This document shows positions 1 to 6,089 of a stretch of 35,719 nt of DNA, one piece after another. This DNA is from Candidatus Micrarchaeota archaeon (GTDB lineage: Archaea > Micrarchaeota > Micrarchaeia > Anstonellales > Bilamarchaeaceae): the NCBI GenBank assembly GCA_040754495.1, contig JBFMCO010000040.1, positions 1 to 35,719 on the forward strand. The letters are read 5' to 3'. The notes under the pieces are model-generated. The model saw nothing but the letters and a program-made list of their open reading frames with translations. It ran no database searches and had not been told where the DNA came from. The first letter of the stretch is position 1. Each line of letters opens with the position of its first letter. The position numbers were made by a program, and so were the translations under genes.

Positions 1-912
1 CTCATCGCCGTTCATTTCATGGACGGCCTCCATTATGCGCAGGCTCGTCTCGTTGAGATAGACAATCGGCGGGTAGGTCCCGAGGCATATCTGGTGCAGG
101 TTGTTGCTCGCCTTCATGATTAGGCCTGCAAGGACAGGGAAATCCCTGCGCCTCATGGCCTCAATCATCACGGCCTTCATGGACTTCTCCTCGTATTCAA
201 CCCATGCTGCATAAAGCGGGTTCGTTTCTATGCTGGCCCTCATGCCTGCCCTGCTTTTCACCTTCTTCTCCCCGGCCTCGACCTTTGCGTAGAGTATCCT
301 CAGCTCCGGCCAGTGCGCCGGCGCGAACAGCGTTTCGGCAAAGGAGCTGTCCGACGCCTTGCCCAGCTCGGCTTTCGTTAGCCCGGCAGGCTTCCTCCCA
401 TCGCCAAAATCAAGACCCCTGTGCCATACCACGAAGCCGCCCTTCGCCGGGATGCTTCTTGCCGCGGAGCCTGAGCCGAGGCGGGCGAGCGCTGAGAGCC
501 TCTTGTCGTCCCCGCGCAGCGGCGCGAACTCCTCCAGCTCGCCTGCCATGGCCGTTATGAGGGCCGCAAAGCCGCTTGCCGAGCTGGCAAAGCCGGCCGA
601 AGTGGGAAAATTGTTCTCGCTCGCGATGCGGTAGTCGTATTCCTTGACGAATGGATGGAACGCCCCGACCCTCCCGAGGAAATCCCCTATGTACTCGTAT
701 TCCGTCATGGCATGCGTTATCCTCTTCCCGTTCAGCGTGAAATCGGCCCTCCCCTTTCCGGGCCTGGCCTCCACGGTCGTCTTCGTCCTGAGCCTGTCCA
801 CGGTGAAGGAGAGGCTGCTCTTGGAGGGGATGTGGTACTCCTCCCAGGCAGGGTTCTTCCCCCAGTATTTGAGCACGGCGATGTTCGTCGGGGCATCCGC
901 AGTCGTAGTCAT
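1..912 (-). CDS. mvaD: Mevalonate-pathway decarboxylase, diphosphomevalonate/phosphomevalonate decarboxylase family (GHMP); 3' end runs off the window
   Basis: Not in the ORF track. Manual translation from ATG 912 is open to position 1: MTTTADAPTNIAVLKYWGK...NNFPTSAGFASSASGFAAL...SALARLGSGSAARS...GM..SIETNP...SNNLHQICLGTYPPIVYLN, which are MVD family motifs. The DAGPN motif would lie beyond the edge. Confidence 0.9.
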   Translation of the reverse strand, partial: MTTTADAPTNIAVLKYWGKNPAWEEYHIPSKSSLSFTVDRLRTKTTVEARPGKGRADFTLNGKRITHAMTEYEYIGDFLGRVGAFHPFVKEYDYRIASENNFPTSAGFASSASGFAALITAMAGELEEFAPLRGDDKRLSALARLGSGSAARSIPAKGGFVVWHRGLDFGDGRKPAGLTKAELGKASDSSFAETLFAPAHWPELRILYAKVEAGEKKVKSRAGMRASIETNPLYAAWVEYEEKSMKAVMIEAMRRRDFPVLAGLIMKASNNLHQICLGTYPPIVYLNETSLRIMEAVHEMNGDE

Positions 913-921
913 CCCATCATC

Positions 922-2127
922 CTATTTTATGAGGCCGAGCTCCCGCCCTGCCTTCTCGATCTTGCCAAGGGCGAAATCCAGCTCCTCCTTGGAGTGCTCG
1001 GCAGTTATCATGGTCCGAATCCTCGCCTTGTCCTTGGCCACCATCGGGAAGACGATTGGAAGGGCATACACGCCCTCCTCGTAGAGCTTCGCGCTCATCT
1101 CCCTCGCCTTCCCTGAATCGTAGGTTATTATCGGCGTGATTGGCGTCTGGCTGCTGCCAGTGTCGAACCCCAGCTCCTTCAGCCTCTTCTTGTAGTATAA
1201 CGTGTTCCTCCAGAGCTTTTTCACGAGCTTGTCGCTCTCCATGAGCAGTTCGAGGGCGGCAATCGAGGCCGCGACCGTTGCCGGCCCGTGCGAGCCGGTA
1301 AGGAGCCATGTCCTGGACTTGTTGAGAAGATACTGCTTGTTCGTCTTCGAGGTCGCAATCAGGCCGCCCATTGTCCCGAACGCCTTGGAGAACGTGCCCA
1401 TCTCGAAATCCACCCTGCCTTCCAGCTTGAAATGGCTGACTATGCCCCGGCCGCTCTCGCCAAGCACGCCGTCCCCGTGGGCGTCGTCCACGTATGTAAC
1501 GGCATCGAAGCGCTCGGCCAGCTCCACGATTCGGTCGAGGGGGGCGATATCGCCGTCCATCGAGAACACGCCGTCCGTGACAATCAGCATCCTGTTCGGC
1601 TTCTGGGGCCTGGCCGCAATCTCCTTCAGCTTGGCCTCGAGGTCGTTCGTGTCGTTGTGCTTGTATATTCCCCTCTCTGCCTTGCTGAGGCGCAGGCCGT
1701 CTATTATCGAGCCGTGGTTCAGCTCGTCCGATATGACGATATCGCCTTCCCGGAGGAGGGCCGGGAGCGCGCCGCTGTTTGCCGTGAATCCGGAATTGTA
1801 GTATATGGAGTCCTCGGTGTGCTTGAACTTCGCGATGGTCTCCTCGAGCCGGATATGCAGGTCCATCGTGCCGGCTATCGGCCTCACCGAGCCGCTTCCT
1901 GCGCCGTATTTCCTGACCGCTTCTATCGCGGCTTTCTTGAGCTTCCTGTGGTTTGCGAGGCCGAGGTAGTTGTTCGAGCAGAGCATCACCACCTCCTTTC
2001 CGTCCACCATGCTCTTTGCGGACGACGGGCCGTTCAGGGTCCTTGGGTTCCAAAGAAGGCTCTGCTGCCTGAGGCTATCCAGTTCCTGCGCTAGTTCGCT
2101 CTGAAGTCTGCTGTTCATCAAAGACAC
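922..2127 (-). CDS. kbl: 2-amino-3-ketobutyrate CoA ligase (glycine C-acetyltransferase), PLP-dependent AONS family
   Basis: Motifs CSNNYLGLANH, SDELNHGSIIDG, TDGVFSMDGD, DDAHG, GTFSKAFG. Divergent from tdh. Start is GTG 2127 or ATG 2118. Confidence 0.88.
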   Translation of the reverse strand: MSLMNSRLQSELAQELDSLRQQSLLWNPRTLNGPSSAKSMVDGKEVVMLCSNNYLGLANHRKLKKAAIEAVRKYGAGSGSVRPIAGTMDLHIRLEETIAKFKHTEDSIYYNSGFTANSGALPALLREGDIVISDELNHGSIIDGLRLSKAERGIYKHNDTNDLEAKLKEIAARPQKPNRMLIVTDGVFSMDGDIAPLDRIVELAERFDAVTYVDDAHGDGVLGESGRGIVSHFKLEGRVDFEMGTFSKAFGTMGGLIATSKTNKQYLLNKSRTWLLTGSHGPATVAASIAALELLMESDKLVKKLWRNTLYYKKRLKELGFDTGSSQTPITPIITYDSGKAREMSAKLYEEGVYALPIVFPMVAKDKARIRTMITAEHSKEELDFALGKIEKAGRELGLIK

Positions 2128-2288
2128 CGGCCTGCATAACCCCTGCGAAGATTAAAAATCTGAGCCATCCCGGCCTTCCTTTCGTCTATTATCGAAGTTA
2201 TCCGCAGCCCCCGTGCCTGCTTTAAAATCCTTACTCTGCCAATTCGGTCATCCGAATAAACGCCCAGTGTCAGGAAGGGGGTAACCGA
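2128..2288. promoter_or_regulatory. Divergent kbl/tdh promoter region with archaeal TATA-like boxes
   Basis: Minus-strand TTTTTAAT at 2158-2151, about 24 nt upstream of kbl; plus-strand TTTAAAAT at 2221-2228; purine-rich RBS AGGAAGGGGG at 2272-2281. Confidence 0.55.
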
Positions 2289-3329
2289 ATGGACAAGATG
2301 CTTGCAGTATGGAAGACCGCGCCGAAAGAGGGATTGGAACTCAGGGAAGCGCCCGTGCCGAAGATAAAGGACGACGAAGTGCTAATCAAGGTGAAGGCCA
2401 CCTCCATTTGCGGGACGGACATCCACATATATACGTGGGACCAGTGGGCGCAGAACCGCATCGGGAAGAACCTCCCCTACATCTTCGGGCATGAAGTGGC
2501 CGGGGAGGTGGTGGAGCTTGGCCGCGGCGTGAAGGGCCTGGCGGCCGGCGACCATGTCTCGGCCGAAACGCACATCTCCTGCGGATACTGCTTCCAGTGC
2601 AAGACCGGGAACGAGCACATCTGCGAGAACGTGAGGATTCTCGGCGTGGACACGAACGGGACGTTCGCAGAGTTTCTCGCGCTCCCCTACCGCAACGCGT
2701 GGGTGAACGACAAGAAAATCCCGCACTGGGTCGCGACCGCGCAGGAGCCTCTCGGGAACGCAATACATACCGTTTTCGACGGGGAGGTCGCTGGAAAGAC
2801 TGTCACAATCTTCGGCATGGGCCCGATTGGCGTGTGCGCCGTGGGCCTGTGCAAGCTTGCTGGCGCGGACAAGGTCATAGCCATAGACCACCACGAGAGC
2901 AGGCTGAAATTCGGCAGGGAGTTCGGCGCCGATTTGCTCATAAACAGCTCGGACGGGGTGCAGGTCCGGAAGCAGATAATGGATGCCACGGACGGCAAGG
3001 GAGCCGACGTATTCCTCGAAATGGCCGGCTCGCCGCAGGCAATGAAGGACGGCCTCGCGACGCTCCGCGCAGGCGGCAGGGCCTCAATCCTCGGTGTGTT
3101 CTCGAAGCCGGTCGAGCTCGATGTCAGCACCGACATCGTCTTCAAGGGCATCCGCATGAGCGGCATCAACGGCAGGAGGATGTTCGACACCTGGTACAAG
3201 GCGAGGGCGTTCCTTCCGAAGATAAGGCTCGAGAGGCTTGTTACGCACAGGCTGAAGCTTTCAGAGATAGAGAACGGGTTCGACGTGCTGAAGAAAAGGG
3301 AAGGGATGAAGGTAGTGCTCGAGCCTTAA
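2289..3329 (+). CDS. tdh: L-threonine 3-dehydrogenase (Zn-dependent MDR)
   Basis: SICGTDIHIYTWDQWA, GHE, structural Zn motif CGYCFQCKTGNEHIC, Rossmann GMGPIG, GINGRRMFDTWY; paired with kbl. Confidence 0.93.
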   Translation: MDKMLAVWKTAPKEGLELREAPVPKIKDDEVLIKVKATSICGTDIHIYTWDQWAQNRIGKNLPYIFGHEVAGEVVELGRGVKGLAAGDHVSAETHISCGYCFQCKTGNEHICENVRILGVDTNGTFAEFLALPYRNAWVNDKKIPHWVATAQEPLGNAIHTVFDGEVAGKTVTIFGMGPIGVCAVGLCKLAGADKVIAIDHHESRLKFGREFGADLLINSSDGVQVRKQIMDATDGKGADVFLEMAGSPQAMKDGLATLRAGGRASILGVFSKPVELDVSTDIVFKGIRMSGINGRRMFDTWYKARAFLPKIRLERLVTHRLKLSEIENGFDVLKKREGMKVVLEP

Positions 3330-3463
3330 CCCGCCCGCATCCGTATGCTCCTGCCCGTCCGCTTATGATTCAGCGTGGCCGGAAACCGAGACGGCAGAAA
3401 CGCGCGTGCCCGGCTGCATATCGGCTGCAAACTGCCCCGCAGTATTCAGAAGGGAGTTAAAAC

Positions 3464-4564
3464 TCAGGAATTCAGCGACTTCCAGTCGGGTTCCTGGTGG
3501 CCGCAGGCCTCCGGCCGCCCCCCTGTCTGCGTTATCTGGATAGCACCTCCCAAGTCGCGGTTAAGAAAGGTACCGAGCACGCCTGCGGGATTCGTGCGAA
3601 GGCCCTGCTCCAGCAACTCTTCATCGACCGTAATGCCTGCCGCCCTGACCGCATCCAGGTCTATCCGGATGGACAAATGCCCACCGCCGCGGATTCCGTA
3701 GCGGTCAAGATGGCTATCTAGGTTAGCAAGCCGCTGGATATCAGACCCTCCCGCTAGAATCTTATCAAGATTGTTGTTTACCGCACCCGTGAATGAGTCA
3801 GCATTTACACGATACTCGAAAACAAGCGCCCGCGCGTGATGCCCGCTCTCCTCCTCGGTCTCCTGCGGCGCCTGCTGCTGTTCCTGTGCCGGAGGTGTCG
3901 CCTGTCCTCCTGGTGGCGTCGGTGGCGTTGCTGCCCCTCCGCCTCCTGCGCCTGTTTCCTGCGCCGTGAGTATCTCCGTTGCGGTAGTCCGCGTCCACGC
4001 GCCGGCGTCGGTAATCTCGCGCCTTCCAGCCTGGCGCGCAACCGTCCTTGCCGCGGTGTCTAGGGCATCGCCGGAAAGGCCCATCGCAGCCAGGTCCTGC
4101 CTCACGAGCGTATATGCCGCGTCCTCAGCGGCCTTGCCTATCACCCTCCCTATGGAGTCCCTTAGTTCCTGGGCGCCGAAGTAGCCTCCTTCCTCGCCAG
4201 CCGCCCGCGCAGCTCTCCGCGTCTGGTCGCTCTGCGCGGCCCTGTCCGCGGCCCTCCATGCCCTGCTCCTGATGGCCTCTGCCTGCTCAGTTGTCAGCGT
4301 GATTCCTGCGGCCGCTGCGGTATCTATTATTAGCTGCCTGTCCTCGGCTTTCCTCTGCTCGCCCCTTGCCGCCCCTGCCTGGGCCCTCGCCTCAGCCCCG
4401 TTTGCAAGGACACCCCTGGCTGCAGTCGCGGCTGCGGCGAGGGATGCCGCAAGAGGGGCGCCCGCCTCGGTCGGCGGCCTGAATGCATTCGGCTGGTTGG
4501 CGAGGACCGCCTGCGCGTCCCTTTTCGCCGTGTCAACCCTTTCCTGAAGCTGTCCTCCGCCCAT
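3464..4564 (-). CDS. Hypothetical Ala/Arg-rich, Lys-poor orphan (366 aa): helical N-region, Pro/Gln/Glu linker, C-terminal alpha/beta-like region
   Basis: Long ORF filling the gap between tdh and the 95-aa gene. No family motif recognised. 5 Lys by my count. Confidence 0.7.
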   Translation of the reverse strand: MGGGQLQERVDTAKRDAQAVLANQPNAFRPPTEAGAPLAASLAAAATAARGVLANGAEARAQAGAARGEQRKAEDRQLIIDTAAAAGITLTTEQAEAIRSRAWRAADRAAQSDQTRRAARAAGEEGGYFGAQELRDSIGRVIGKAAEDAAYTLVRQDLAAMGLSGDALDTAARTVARQAGRREITDAGAWTRTTATEILTAQETGAGGGGAATPPTPPGGQATPPAQEQQQAPQETEEESGHHARALVFEYRVNADSFTGAVNNNLDKILAGGSDIQRLANLDSHLDRYGIRGGGHLSIRIDLDAVRAAGITVDEELLEQGLRTNPAGVLGTFLNRDLGGAIQITQTGGRPEACGHQEPDWKSLNS

Positions 4565-4573
4565 GGAAATCCC

Positions 4574-4861
4574 CTAGATGCGTCCCTCGAACTCCCTGCA
4601 CAAATCCGCGAACTTCTCGAGCCTGCATGCTGACGCTTCCAGGTCTTCTCCCGCGCCGCACCCCATGACAGATGCGCGCTCCCATTCGGAGAATGCCTTG
4701 TGGAACTTCCGCAGGGCCTCGATTGTTTCAGCCAGCTCAGCAGGCCTGTCCTTAGACAAATCCCACTGCGCGATGGCGACTTCTACTGAAGAAAGAGCCT
4801 TGTTGACCTTCCGCTGCAGTTCCCTTTCGTATTCCCGGATGCGTATCTCTGCGTGCCCCAT
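4574..4861 (-). CDS. Hypothetical helical protein (95 aa)
   Basis: Charged amphipathic helical pattern; tightly spaced with its minus-strand neighbours. Confidence 0.6.
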   Translation of the reverse strand: MGHAEIRIREYERELQRKVNKALSSVEVAIAQWDLSKDRPAELAETIEALRKFHKAFSEWERASVMGCGAGEDLEASACRLEKFADLCREFEGRI

Positions 4862-4886
4862 GTGAAAGGTATTTCATGCTATGTTT

Positions 4887-5792
4887 TTAATCAGCATTCG
4901 TGCCGGGCCTTTCCACGCTTACAGTGCCGTGCTCATCAAGGCGTATGCGGATAACGCCGTTTTGATATCGTATTGCCAGCCCGTCTTCGCGGGAGACAGC
5001 GAAAGGCCCTTCCATATCACCGGATTGCTTATACGCAACCGTCGTCCAGGACCTGTTTTCCGGGGCTACGCCGCGGAAAGCCAGAACCGGCACCTCCCCG
5101 CTCTGGATAACGAGAAGCGCTCCCCCGAAGTACGCAAGGACCGCGTCGTCGCGTATGTCATCTCTCGGCATGCTTTTTCTCCACCTGCCCTCTGAATCGC
5201 TCAAATCAGTCACGTAGATTCTGTCCGTGGTACGCAGGAACAGGCGCCTGGTTTCCGGGTCGAACGCATGGGCGCTCGTTCGTGCAGGAAGGGCCAGGTT
5301 TGTGCTGCCGAGTATGGACGGATGAGCCCGGTCTACCGTCAGGACGTACCTGTCAGTAATGACAGCCGACAATTCCCCGCTCATCAGAACCTCAGCGCTC
5401 ATGCCTCTCTCCCCGCTGGAAAGCGTGTCGAACCTGACCATGGTCCTGCCGCCGTCAGGGAGCTTGTGGATTACCTCCATGGAGCACCCGCTCTCGTATA
5501 AGTCCGCGCTTTCGCTCTGCAATGTACGGGTAAAAGAGTTGTCCTGGCAGCCGAACTTCACATCAACGTTGCCCAGGATGCGGATATCCTCTGAAAGAGG
5601 GACAGATTTAGGATTCGGTTCAGGTGCCGGTGCAATGAGGCGGTGCTCCGGCCTGTGCAAGTCCGAACGCGAAGGTTCGGGCTGTCCGGTGCAGGATAGC
5701 AGGAGAAGCGCGGGGGCGATGGCCGAAAGCGGCGCTCCTGCTCTCCCCCGGAGCATCCCGCCAGCCGCTACATCCCCCCGCTTCAGGCGCAT
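4887..5792 (-). CDS. Putative lipoprotein/exported beta-rich hypothetical protein (301 aa)
   Basis: Arg-rich N-region, hydrophobic APALLLLS and lipobox-like Cys34; short beta-strand pattern downstream; TATA-like TATATAAAT about 25 nt upstream on the minus strand. Confidence 0.65.
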   Translation of the reverse strand: MRLKRGDVAAGGMLRGRAGAPLSAIAPALLLLSCTGQPEPSRSDLHRPEHRLIAPAPEPNPKSVPLSEDIRILGNVDVKFGCQDNSFTRTLQSESADLYESGCSMEVIHKLPDGGRTMVRFDTLSSGERGMSAEVLMSGELSAVITDRYVLTVDRAHPSILGSTNLALPARTSAHAFDPETRRLFLRTTDRIYVTDLSDSEGRWRKSMPRDDIRDDAVLAYFGGALLVIQSGEVPVLAFRGVAPENRSWTTVAYKQSGDMEGPFAVSREDGLAIRYQNGVIRIRLDEHGTVSVERPGTNAD

Positions 5793-5933
5793 GATTCGTT
5801 TTTATTCCATACCATTTATATATACTACTTAACCACTTTTTGCAACCTAATCGCATGTTTCGCCCAATTCGCGGCTGCGGTCGGCAACGGTTAAAAATCT
5901 AAGTTGGGAAGGTTTCCCTGACAAGGTGACCCT
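5793..5933. promoter_or_regulatory. Divergent promoter region; GGGAA-N3-TTCCC dyad; RBS of the AbrB-like gene
   Basis: AT-rich; ATTTATATATA near 5814-5824; TTAAAAA 5891-5897; dyad 5906-5918; AAGGTGA 5923-5929 before ATG 5934. Confidence 0.55.
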
Positions 5934-6089
5934 ATGGACGCTTCAGTTAAGAAAATGGGCAAGTCGCTTGCTATCGAGCTGCCTGAGGAAGAAGTCAAAC
6001 GCCTCGGTTTGAAGGCTGGCATGAAGGTCGAGGTGGAGATAAAGAAGAAATCCTCGAGCGCGGCGCCTGACGACGGATGGGGAGATTAG
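5934..6089 (+). CDS. AbrB/MazE/SpoVT-family DNA-binding protein (51 aa)
   Basis: Below the ORF-track cutoff. Manual translation MDASVKKMGKSLAIELPEEEVKRLGLKAGMKVEVEIKKKSSSAAPDDGWGD fits the swapped-hairpin pattern K-x-G-x-S-x-x-I-x-LP...LGL-x-x-G-x-x-V; good RBS. Confidence 0.85.
   Translation: MDASVKKMGKSLAIELPEEEVKRLGLKAGMKVEVEIKKKSSSAAPDDGWGD

Noticed and set aside
204-1116. Plus-strand ORFs 204-560, 359-634, 644-1084 and 655-1116
   Set aside because: Antisense shadows of the mvaD and kbl genes; no motifs.
3379-3401. GGAAACCGAGACGGCAGAAAC resembling the heptamer family
   Set aside because: Unit spacing is 6 and 9 nt, not 7; too weak to count.
5934-6089. Type II toxin-antitoxin pair
   Set aside because: No PIN, MazF or RelE toxin gene is adjacent.
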